Origin: a virus
Taxonomy: Duplodnaviria; Caudoviricetes
Strand: one strand, 5' to 3'
IMG/VR virus record: IMGVR_UViG_3300017761_001291
Coordinates: 1-30,290 of that record
Length of the DNA: 30,290 bases
Shown here: positions 10,301 to 17,431 of the stretch, piece after piece
How the letters are laid out: every line of letters begins with the position of its first letter
How positions within the stretch are numbered: position 1 is the first letter of the stretch
Notes under the pieces: model-generated
Database searches by the model: none
Told to the model about the DNA's origin: nothing
Seen by the model: the letters and a program-made list of their open reading frames with translations, nothing else
Program-made: the position numbers and the translations under genes

Positions 10301-11433
10301 TAGATACCACGATTATATGCTGGGTTTAAATTATATTCCCAGTTGACACCAGTTGAAGATGCACCATCATATGATTCCCCAGAAGTATGCGTTGGTGGAA
10401 TATTTACAGATGTTGAAGAAGTTTTGGCAACATAAATGTTAGCTCCATTTGTAACTACGTCACCGATCAAATATGCTTTGTTGGCAACCCATGCTCCACG
10501 ATTGTTGTTTCTGTGTTCACGAACATCAATCTTAAATGGTTTTGTAGTATAGTTACCAGATTCATCGAATGTGCGACGAGCGAGGGTTTTTTCAATCTCA
10601 GCATAAGCTGTTGTTTTTACCTCACGTTTAATCTCTCCTGCATCTACATTAAGCAATTCAATAAAATTAGCATCATTTGTAGAATTTAATGCTATCTTAG
10701 TTAATACTAAATCAATAAAGTAACGATGCGCACCTGGAGCAGCGTAGTTATAGCTGTTCTGTGCATTATCTAGTAGTGATTCGTAACCAGTATCTTCTGG
10801 TGTAACTTTCTGCTCATCAATAGTTAAACCAACTCTGTATGAAGGTGTATTTGTATATTTGTCAAGAATGATTGTTTGAGCATCACATAGAACGAAGAAT
10901 CCATTTACATAGTAAACACCACGCTCAATAGTTGCAGCTGAACCAGTACCAGTAGCACTAGAAGCTAAAACAGTTACTGTATATTCATCATCTGACGTAG
11001 TTAAAACTTCACTGCCAGCAAATACCTTTGTTGTAGTATCATCTGCGCTTGAAGTATAGCGAACAAATAATGTAGTTGGATCTGTGCCGTCAGCATTTGA
11101 TAATGCCACAATTTGAGCAGTTAATCCACTAGAACCAACTAAAGTCTTACCTGCTAGTTCTGCAATAAATGTTTCAGTAACGTCGCCAGCAGTGTTAAAT
11201 GCTTCTAATTTTACATAACTGAGTTTTCTATCAAGAGAGATTTGCCCAGGAATAATCATTGCACCCTGTTTGAATACATGGTCTCCATGACGCTTGATTT
11301 GATTCTGCAGGATTGATTGAAGCTGAGTTAATTCTCTAGCTTGAACAGCATAACTCGGACGAAATAAAATTCTGTGGAATTTATTATTTTCGTCAAAATC
11401 ATCATTATATGGTTCGGTATTAAAATCTAACAT
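4339..11433 (-). CDS. Large virion structural protein, VrlC-like / DUF4815 family (2364 aa)
   Basis: Characteristic N-terminus PYNDDFD..KFHRILFRPSYAVQARELTQLQSILQNQI; APGAHR; LARRTFDESGNY; EPGKAYVQGYE; NKRYTMRDIGKLEKRIDNLEYYTSL; DRFKNGFVVD; DPLAQTF; GVLFKSQNASTWT; C-terminal PRIKDLRIIA. Position after gp8 is as in cyanophage-type T4-like phages. Confidence 0.88.
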   Translation of the reverse strand: MLDFNTEPYNDDFDENNKFHRILFRPSYAVQARELTQLQSILQNQIKRHGDHVFKQGAMIIPGQISLDRKLSYVKLEAFNTAGDVTETFIAELAGKTLVGSSGLTAQIVALSNADGTDPTTLFVRYTSSADDTTTKVFAGSEVLTTSDDEYTVTVLASSATGTGSAATIERGVYYVNGFFVLCDAQTIILDKYTNTPSYRVGLTIDEQKVTPEDTGYESLLDNAQNSYNYAAPGAHRYFIDLVLTKIALNSTNDANFIELLNVDAGEIKREVKTTAYAEIEKTLARRTFDESGNYTTKPFKIDVREHRNNNRGAWVANKAYLIGDVVTNGANIYVAKTSSTSVNIPPTHTSGESYDGASSTGVNWEYNLNPAYNRGIYTPEAGGLEAKLAIGMEPGKAYVQGYEIEKIATEYVTVPKARDFVQTTDTYLTTAIGNFVYIANINSLPPFDSASGMPTITLYNRFTSSVGVLPSGGTAIGTARVRGIEWDSGTLGTISAVYKLYLFDVTMTTGLDFNRDVKSFFYSRSDTNLNFTADIYPIANQLVGSATTYSSYPTKGASTTLIGIGSAWQGGTTTSPALKVGDYIRIGPNTSTNIRRVTTITNNGTIVVDSSVTADGDIIYLITTKVEEPQNNRLVFPLPNYAIKSVRDANSVKQIIYYGMQYISGTTTSGSGGSCTLTINTAAGVFADSTETDNYIVAWYDATSGGTIVKPTSISAGGASSITFTLPDTYASTNFIVMATVKKVGSDGGEKTKTLTTVTQTYTTQAAATRAILSLGKADVLRIKSILMDSGSFASPAGTYTIDILDRYDFDNGQRDTHYDLGRLFLKHSYSPPSARISVTFEHFSHSSGDYFTVNSYPATVALKDIPSYNSVSLRDVLDFRPRIGDAGTTFSGSGSSFAMTPKRGQDVTIDYSYYLSRKDKIAISPYGAFFAVSGVSALIPSEPVDPSIGMVLYKLTLEPYTFGTTNANLIIDQVDNKRYTMRDIGKLEKRIDNLEYYTSLTLLEQETKGLTITDSTGLDRFKNGFVVDAFTGHNVGNVLSPDYLCSVDMQNGELRPFYVMDNVNLVENLSNDGDRTTAGYKVYGDVITLPLNATTPHVPLVTQQYASRLENINPFAIFTFLGDIRLNPSSDDWFEVNRAPDIVRNVEGNFNTIAALATQAGILGTIWNAWQVNWIGQPVPVGGSLIQYTTGDNWANQRALEEGATYINVDQFNQRFGGEGQSAPARQVYVSQSAQTGTRSRTGVKSTLAVQMERQVVDDKIISTALIPYIRSRNILVQVKKLKPNTKFYPYFDNISVTPYCTPSSYFTYTLPSLTSTDFETAKNSGSLASSTARVINNISGVLSADDAGNMCLNVGDVITGATSGATAVVVGKEYNEESGIRILHVMNIKGTFSISEQIAGSISGAVGTLTAKENNKSQGANLVTNSIGDLNFIYHIPNNSSINFRTGTREFKLLDVSTVDGQQSSSAKTQYEATGILETKQQTVLSIRNAHIIQEIIAENDTITRTLERVERDTGWYDPLAQTFLVQNEGGAFLSKVDIFFATKDSNLPVTLQIRDVVNGYPGKRILPFSEVTLNSSQVNISATTVAMTDGSGSSFPKYDTPTTFTFPSPVYVQDGEEYCIVLASDSNNYKVWISQMGDVIPASSRTISEQPYAGVLFKSQNASTWTANQDQDLKFTVYRANFDTLVTGSVVFTNDVLTTPVIDTDPFETVSGTNKVRVWHRDHGLFTGSRVQFDNIDTTIYTGVASSGGTITTSSSSTGVTGVNTFFIDDFTVSGCALFRASDNKFIGIVDGVTTDTSLVLRNNASATIATGFTWKLANPINGIPVTELYKDTNGIAITHTISDVDLDSYVITVTTNATTTGYTGGDTVRAGHNVIYDVIQPSIQAQNFPDTTCSFTFKGTSGKSVDGSESPYTLGEYAGVTPNNSNYLYYPGVIASTINQSTFVGSKTAFLQATISSTNSSVTPIIDTHRTSLITISNKINNPREDNINVADLDNRTLFTGATGAYTFANVGSAWTANTAKVAGDQVFFAGNLYTVTVAGTTGTSAPDHTVGSVSNTPLNSTLSGVIITGTAGQFSCTSTSLSLGQPITITGSYGGTGSITSYATGTTYYIITTNGTTTFTLSASLGGSAITTTAGTPTGLTYTTTGGTLVLTYAGNSATINSTNAAVCALMQTVSVGKYVTISGSTTAGNNGTYLVTKVVGNGTSTGTITVLKTDNFTAESAVSGTTVKLRTLFVDEISPKGSSSVNKYISKAIKLENPSNFFRIRLATNCPSESNVLVYYKTSPVGSTQDVELINWTLSSPDAPIKKVQNGDGTFYDVDYSEENLVPFDSIAVKIVMQSTNSSAPPRIKDLRIIACA

Positions 11434-11463
11434 TGTGAACTCTGTCCTGTAAGTAATCTCTAT

Positions 11464-11470
11464 TATTTAT
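11464..11470 (-). promoter_or_regulatory. Putative T4-type late promoter (ATAAATA) upstream of the VrlC-like gene
   Basis: Minus strand reads TAATAAATAATAG at the gp8 stop, about 30 nt before ATG 11433, with an SD-like CAGGA in between. Short AT-rich motif, so a chance match is possible. Confidence 0.55.
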
Positions 11471-14400
11471 TAGAACCTAATAACAGTTCTAAGGGTAACT
11501 GTCTCATCTGCAGTTGGGGTGAATGCTTGCTTGTTATCAATAAACAACAAGTCACCTGAATATTTATCTATTGTTGGTGGGGTGACTGAAGACACTGTAA
11601 ATAAATCTCCAGCAGTATTCGAGAAATTTACGCCAGCAACAATTTGTGCATTATCAATTGATTGCACCAATAATCCTGCACCTGTATTTGTAACAATTCT
11701 AAATCTATTATCTGAGTCATCTGTAATAATAGTATCTACTGGGAATAGTGTTGTATTTGCAATACCACCAATAACCCAGCATGCTGAAGCAAGAACTGAA
11801 GTCAGTGGATTGGTATTCCCATATTGACGTGGAGATTTAATGATACCAAGTTGACGATAATCATTATTAACATCGAATCCTTGATTTCTATCTCTGGAAA
11901 CATTACTATAAAACATCAATGTTCTTGCATACAAATTATTAAGTGCTTCTTTGCCAAAGCCACCATATGTGCCAATGATTGCTCTGGCTTTAGCACCAGA
12001 ACCACCGCCACCAGTAATCAAAACATTTGCGTAGCGATAACCAGAACCATAATTGGTCATATTTATTTTCTGAACAGAACCATTGCTGATAACAGCTGTT
12101 GCTGTGGCACCAGTACCATCACCAGTAATAGTTATAGTCGCTGCCCCATAACCAAATCCACCAGAAATAACTGGGCAATTTATTATTCTTCCATCTACAG
12201 TAAGCAATTCAATATTTGCTTGTAGAGTATTAACATCACCTGGAGATAGATCTGCAGTAACCTCTGCACCAGAACCATCTCCAGTTACAGTTAAGTTTGC
12301 GTATGTATATCCAACACCTGGATCATCTACCTGAACTCCAACCAATTCACCAAACAATCCTTCAAAGTATAATTTAGTTGTACCATTTGAAAGAGTACCA
12401 GAAGTATGAGAAGGTGCCGTAGTTCCACTTGTACCAGCAGTCGTAACAGTATATAATCTATTACTATACCAAACATTTAATCCCGCAGTATATACAGTAC
12501 TAGCTTGCCACTGTTGACCGAGCGTATCTGCTGCAAAAATTGGTATTAAACTAGCTTCAGTTTTAACGCCACTGAAATAACCCGCAGCACCACTTCCAGA
12601 TTGAGATGAAAACGTAATAGTAGGATATGCCGAATAACCAGCACCGTATTTAAGAGAAGTTGTTGCAGTAGCCTGTGTGCCAGCATACGTTAATGTTACA
12701 GGTTCACCAAGATATAATAATGCTGCAGTTCCATTTGTAACAGTTCCAGTAGTATGTGATGGAACCGTAGAAGCATGCGTAGTTCCAGCAGTTGTAACTT
12801 TATACAATCTATTGGAAACAAAAACAGTACTGTTTAAAGTTAATGCCGTTGATGCTGCAAAAGCTGGAGAATTTGTTGCAGTTCCAGAAACATGGATAGG
12901 TGCAACAGAACCTGTGAAACCCGTACTGGCCACAGTGTATAAACGATTTGAGAAAAAGATCTGATCACCAATATTTGTTAGTGAAGTCAATCCAGTCCAA
13001 AGTGTACCAAAGGTAATAGTTGGAGCAGAAATATAATCATATCCAGGATCTGTTACGACAACACGTATAATTGAACCATTCTGTAAAACAGCAACAGCTG
13101 CTGCACTAGTTCCACTACCGCCACTAAAATTAACAACAGGAGGAGAAGTATATCCAGAACCACCACCAACGATTTGAACTTTGTTTATCATTCCGTACAA
13201 TGTTAAATCTGTAATTGTTTTAAATGTAGCAGTGCCATTACCTAATCCAGTACCAGCAAGTGCAGCAGTAAATACACTACCAACAGTATAAGTTATTGCA
13301 CTAGTTCCAGCAATAGTATTCCACTGAGTGCTAGTAGTAGTACCCATACTCGCTATTGTATATATTTTACCAATAGTGAAAGAACCAACAGTAACTGTGC
13401 TATTAGTAATAACAGTCTCAGCTGTTGCTGTAGTACCAACATACTCAAGGGCAGCAGTTCCATTTTTAACAGTATTATGACGATGAACTGGTCCACTAGA
13501 TCCTGTTATACCAGCAACCGCAACACGGTATATATTATTTTGATGTGTTAATTTTTGATTTGCTAATACTGTACTGGTAGCAGACCAAGTGGCAACCCCA
13601 TCAAATGGTGGAGAAATACTAACAGTTGCAGAAGTATACCCAGATCCACCAGATGTTAGTGTTTTAGTTGTTAGATAAAGTTCTTCAAAAGTAGCATATC
13701 CATCACCCTGAACAACAATTGAACCAGAAGTATATCCTGAACCAGTTTGATCTAAACGAATTGTTTTCAACGTACCTGCAGAATAAAATTGGTCACGAAG
13801 AGCAGTAACAACTGGCATGTATACATCAGTTAAAAATTTATTTCTTAACGCAATTGGAATATTATAAAGAAATTTCCAAACATATCCATCAGTGGTTTCA
13901 ACTGCATCATAAGATGTTCCTGTTGGTTTAACTGTAGATGAACCACCATTGTTATTATCTAAACATTGATATACATTAAACTCATCAGTAACTACGTAAA
14001 AAACTGCATTTTCTAATTTCTGCGCTCCAGATGGAGCAACTGTAACAACAGCATTTGCAGCAGCTGTTGATCCATTACCGCCAATAATAACAAAAGATGG
14101 TTCTGATGTATATCCAGTACCACGAGCAGTTAATTCAATATCAATAACCTGTCCATCTAAAACAGTTGCTTCTGCTGTTGCTCCACTACCATTGGCATTA
14201 TTATGCGCAAAGTACTGTAACATTAAAGTTCCAGTACCATTTAAAACAGTACCTGTAGTATGAGTTGGTGCCGTGGTTCCAGAAACACCAGTATTTGTTA
14301 CTAGATAAGTTCTTTGAACAGTTGCTGATACCACAACCTTAAGCATTTGACCATAGGTATATGATGTACTAGCAGCCCAAGTAACTGCACCCTGAGACCC

Positions 14401-14763
14401 AATATAAACATTGGGTGCTGAACCATAACTATAACCACCAGATGTTAAATTAATACCCTGTACTTCAGTAGAGTATTGATCATCAAATTGGTCGTAGGTA
14501 GTTCCATTAACCCAGTCATGTCTTAAGATAACATAAGCAACGTCAGTTGGTTTAATTTCTTTTGCCGTGATAATTTCATTACGAGTTTCTAATTCGTAAG
14601 CAAAACTATCAATCGGTGTTGGAGGGGTTAACTCATCTTCCCATGTCAGAGTTCTACCCAAGAAATAATAGTATCTTGCGTATCTAGATGAGATCTCATT
14701 GTATAGACCATCTGCAATAGAATTATGCAGAGTGGTCTTCATTAAAGAAGATGATGTCGCCAT
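11470..14763 (-). CDS. gp8: Baseplate wedge subunit gp8-like, greatly expanded by inserted modules (1097 aa)
   Basis: YYFLGRTLTWEDELTPPTP, RHDWVNGTTYD, FYVVTDEFNVYQCLDNN, TDGYVWKFLY, DYRQLGII, SGDLLFIDNKQ are gp8-family core motifs; follows gp6/gp7. Confidence 0.85.
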   Translation of the reverse strand: MATSSSLMKTTLHNSIADGLYNEISSRYARYYYFLGRTLTWEDELTPPTPIDSFAYELETRNEIITAKEIKPTDVAYVILRHDWVNGTTYDQFDDQYSTEVQGINLTSGGYSYGSAPNVYIGSQGAVTWAASTSYTYGQMLKVVVSATVQRTYLVTNTGVSGTTAPTHTTGTVLNGTGTLMLQYFAHNNANGSGATAEATVLDGQVIDIELTARGTGYTSEPSFVIIGGNGSTAAANAVVTVAPSGAQKLENAVFYVVTDEFNVYQCLDNNNGGSSTVKPTGTSYDAVETTDGYVWKFLYNIPIALRNKFLTDVYMPVVTALRDQFYSAGTLKTIRLDQTGSGYTSGSIVVQGDGYATFEELYLTTKTLTSGGSGYTSATVSISPPFDGVATWSATSTVLANQKLTHQNNIYRVAVAGITGSSGPVHRHNTVKNGTAALEYVGTTATAETVITNSTVTVGSFTIGKIYTIASMGTTTSTQWNTIAGTSAITYTVGSVFTAALAGTGLGNGTATFKTITDLTLYGMINKVQIVGGGSGYTSPPVVNFSGGSGTSAAAVAVLQNGSIIRVVVTDPGYDYISAPTITFGTLWTGLTSLTNIGDQIFFSNRLYTVASTGFTGSVAPIHVSGTATNSPAFAASTALTLNSTVFVSNRLYKVTTAGTTHASTVPSHTTGTVTNGTAALLYLGEPVTLTYAGTQATATTSLKYGAGYSAYPTITFSSQSGSGAAGYFSGVKTEASLIPIFAADTLGQQWQASTVYTAGLNVWYSNRLYTVTTAGTSGTTAPSHTSGTLSNGTTKLYFEGLFGELVGVQVDDPGVGYTYANLTVTGDGSGAEVTADLSPGDVNTLQANIELLTVDGRIINCPVISGGFGYGAATITITGDGTGATATAVISNGSVQKINMTNYGSGYRYANVLITGGGGSGAKARAIIGTYGGFGKEALNNLYARTLMFYSNVSRDRNQGFDVNNDYRQLGIIKSPRQYGNTNPLTSVLASACWVIGGIANTTLFPVDTIITDDSDNRFRIVTNTGAGLLVQSIDNAQIVAGVNFSNTAGDLFTVSSVTPPTIDKYSGDLLFIDNKQAFTPTADETVTLRTVIRF
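12358..14379 (-). repeat. Five copies of a ~50-57-aa CBM5/12-like module in gp8 (approx. 14209-14379, 13435-13587, 12679-12999, 12700-12870, 12358-12510)
   Basis: Protein-level consensus W.A.T......G..V....R.Y.V...G.(T/S)G...P.H..G.V.NGT..L.Y.G visible in each copy; interspersed with G(S/T)GYTS.P.V...G..A.A repeats. Confidence 0.8.
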
Positions 14764-14778
14764 GTTTTATCCGAAAAA

Positions 14779-15222
14779 TTAACTTACTGTAATTACCCAA
14801 GTGATTGCGATAGAGTCACCTGCTGCCTTATTAACAACTGGGAAAGTTGTGCGACATAGCAATGTACCTGCAGAAGCAGCATTAAAGATACCAGCTTCAG
14901 TAATTGCGCCAGTGCCAGTACCAGATGGGAAAGTTGCAGTTGCAGTAACAGTATTAGTAGAAGCAGTAAATGCACTAACAGTAACAATACCTGCTTGAGT
15001 TGCAAGTGCTGTATCACCAACTGCTGGAGTTGTTGTACCAGTACCAATTGCCATGTGGCTCATGACAGTTGATGCAGTACCAACCATACGAGAAGCAATA
15101 TAGTTCTTACCAACTGTAACAACTAAGTTAGGTACTTTCTTTGCTTCTTTTAACTTGCCATTTCTGTCAAATACAGAAATAGTTAACTCGCCTTTGATTC
15201 CTAAATTTTCTTGTAAATTCAT
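14779..15222 (-). CDS. Small virion protein resembling tail-collar/fibre-attachment domains (147 aa)
   Basis: NLVVTVGKNYIA, MAIGTG, DTAL, ITEAGIFNA..GTLLCR pattern resembles the N-terminal attachment domain of P2 gpH-type fibres (DUF3751-like); strong SD AAGGAG upstream. Confidence 0.65.
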   Translation of the reverse strand: MNLQENLGIKGELTISVFDRNGKLKEAKKVPNLVVTVGKNYIASRMVGTASTVMSHMAIGTGTTTPAVGDTALATQAGIVTVSAFTASTNTVTATATFPSGTGTGAITEAGIFNAASAGTLLCRTTFPVVNKAAGDSIAITWVITVS

Positions 15223-15241
15223 AAAATTCTCCTTTTATTAA

Positions 15242-17431
15242 TTATCCAGTGAAGGTGGATTCGCCTGTTGTATAGTTTCCACTATCATTTGCAAAATATG
15301 AACTGCCAATCGGATATGGGTCGGTATATCCATTTAACCAAATCCCACCACCACTACCAGTTGCTGTAACTGAACTCGTATCTGCTGTTGTCCCATCATT
15401 TAAATAATGGGTAGCCAATGATTTATTTAGGACAATAAAGGGAACAGTTCTAGTGCTATTAGTACCAGTTTCAGAACTCATTGTAACAGTATTACTATCA
15501 GCTGTTATCCCATCATTTAAAAGATGTGTAGCAATAGCCTTAGATATATCTGCAAAAGGTACTGTTCTGGCTTCATTAATTCCTGTTGTATCACTTAACG
15601 TAAATAAATCACTATCTAATGTTACTCCATCATACAAATAATGATTAAATAACTGTGAGTTTAGTATTTTGGTATTAGCTAATACACTAATACCATTTCT
15701 TGTTAATGAACTATATCCATAAGATATAGTTGCTTCTGATGGAGTAGCTGAACTAGTATCTGCCGTAGTACCATCGTTTAAAAAGTGAGTGGCAAGACCT
15801 TTGGTTGTTGCGAAAAACGGTACAGTTCTAGTGCTATTTGTACCAGTTTCAGAACTCATTGTTACTGAACTAGTATCTACTGTAGTGCCATCATTTAAAA
15901 AGTGAGTAGCAATAGCCTTTGTGGTAACTAGAAATGGTACTGTCCTAGCACTACCAGTTCCCACTTCTGAAGTTGGTGTGACTAAATTGGTATCAGCTGT
16001 AGTACCATTATTTAAAAAGTGAGTGGCAATGGCTTTAGAAACACCCTTTGTAGAAATAACAGCATCAGTTTGAATTTCATCTTGCACAGCAAGTATCAAA
16101 TACTTCAATGCAAATTCTAGTGTAGTACTAGTATCAAAATCATTTCGAATATCAAACTCACCAAACAATGCCATACCAGCTGGATGCAATAATGTTTTAA
16201 CTGCAGAACGGTAAGTATCTAGACGTTCGTCAATTTTAAGAACATAAGCAAATGCCTGATAGTAACGACTATCTTGAATAAAGATAGCATCGTCCAAGAA
16301 GCCATCATTTGTTGTATAGTATCCTGGATATTTTGCCAGAGAGTTTAACGTAATTTTAATAACTGCAGGTTCATCTGCATCTAAAATTGTATATTTGTTA
16401 TCAACAAAGAATTCACGAACAGTTTCACCTACATAAGTACCATCCCAATATGAGGTTACGTTGTAGTTTGTGGTGTTGATAGTACCTTGCTCAAAGAAAC
16501 CATTTAAAGTTTCTGCGAATGCAATTGCTGTGTTTGGTGATGAACCAGAAATAACTAAACCAGTGGCACCAGCACTTGTTGCAGAAACACCACCATACGG
16601 TAATAATGTTGAAGTAAAGTCTGTGGTGTATCCAATACCATACTTAACAAATTCAAGTGATTCAATACCACCAGTTTCATTTACACGAGTAACCTTTAAT
16701 ACAGAACCAACACCCTGACCATTTCTAACTTCATACAATTCACCAACTTTAAACTTCTTACCAGCACGTTGAATCTCAACCTTTGATGTAGTTGCCAATA
16801 CCGTGGCATCAAATATGTTACTATAACGAAGTTTATCACCAATCGTAATATTACCAAAGAATCTACGATCAATAAACAATTCGTAAATATCCTCAGAAAT
16901 CTCAACTGCATTCTCTACCTCAATTTCAACATACTGTCTTTTATCAACCTGAATGCGAAGAATCTTTGTTGCAGTAACAACGTCAACAATTTTACCAACA
17001 ACATCTTCTGGAGTACCCGCATTAACATATACGAATACAGAAACGTCTTGATTCCACTTACCGTCTGATGCACGTAAAATTTGTTTTGATGGATAATCAA
17101 CTACAACTTCTTTATTGAATAAGATCTTAAAAAGAAGTTTAAAGGATGCTTCAGAACCTTTTGCTAAGTACTGATCTTTGATTTTACTTAATAAGAATCT
17201 TTCATTAACAACCGTATACGGGATATTATGTGCCAACTCATTTTTAAAATATTGTATAAATGAGTCTAGAGTGGTATCTAAATCTCTAAGAGATGTAAAT
17301 TGTGAATCATAATTCTGATCCAAAAACTCATAATATGCTTTTATGAAATCAATAAATGTACCATAGTCTTCCCTTACAAACTCAGGAACCTGAGAAGGGA
17401 GAACTGATGAGATCTTTGGACGGGTAATCAT
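15242..17431 (-). CDS. gp7: Baseplate wedge initiator gp7-like with C-terminal repeat extension (729 aa)
   Basis: SQVPEFVREDY..FIDFIKAYYEFL, KGSEASFKLLFKILF, ILRASDGKW, IQDSRYYQAFAYVLK, VKTLLHPAGMALFGE; coupled to gp6 by a TAATG overlap. Confidence 0.78.
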   Translation of the reverse strand: MITRPKISSVLPSQVPEFVREDYGTFIDFIKAYYEFLDQNYDSQFTSLRDLDTTLDSFIQYFKNELAHNIPYTVVNERFLLSKIKDQYLAKGSEASFKLLFKILFNKEVVVDYPSKQILRASDGKWNQDVSVFVYVNAGTPEDVVGKIVDVVTATKILRIQVDKRQYVEIEVENAVEISEDIYELFIDRRFFGNITIGDKLRYSNIFDATVLATTSKVEIQRAGKKFKVGELYEVRNGQGVGSVLKVTRVNETGGIESLEFVKYGIGYTTDFTSTLLPYGGVSATSAGATGLVISGSSPNTAIAFAETLNGFFEQGTINTTNYNVTSYWDGTYVGETVREFFVDNKYTILDADEPAVIKITLNSLAKYPGYYTTNDGFLDDAIFIQDSRYYQAFAYVLKIDERLDTYRSAVKTLLHPAGMALFGEFDIRNDFDTSTTLEFALKYLILAVQDEIQTDAVISTKGVSKAIATHFLNNGTTADTNLVTPTSEVGTGSARTVPFLVTTKAIATHFLNDGTTVDTSSVTMSSETGTNSTRTVPFFATTKGLATHFLNDGTTADTSSATPSEATISYGYSSLTRNGISVLANTKILNSQLFNHYLYDGVTLDSDLFTLSDTTGINEARTVPFADISKAIATHLLNDGITADSNTVTMSSETGTNSTRTVPFIVLNKSLATHYLNDGTTADTSSVTATGSGGGIWLNGYTDPYPIGSSYFANDSGNYTTGESTFTG
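15365..16036 (-). repeat. Six imperfect tandem ~39-aa repeats (KAIATHFLNDGTTADT...SETGTNSTRTVPF)
   Basis: Direct protein repeats; a 41-bp DNA segment is shared with one mismatch between 15444-15484 and 15822-15862. Confidence 0.9.

Noticed and set aside
15365-16036. Possible CRISPR-like array
   Set aside because: Repeats are degenerate, codon-phased (117-nt unit) and protein-coding; no unique spacers or cas genes.
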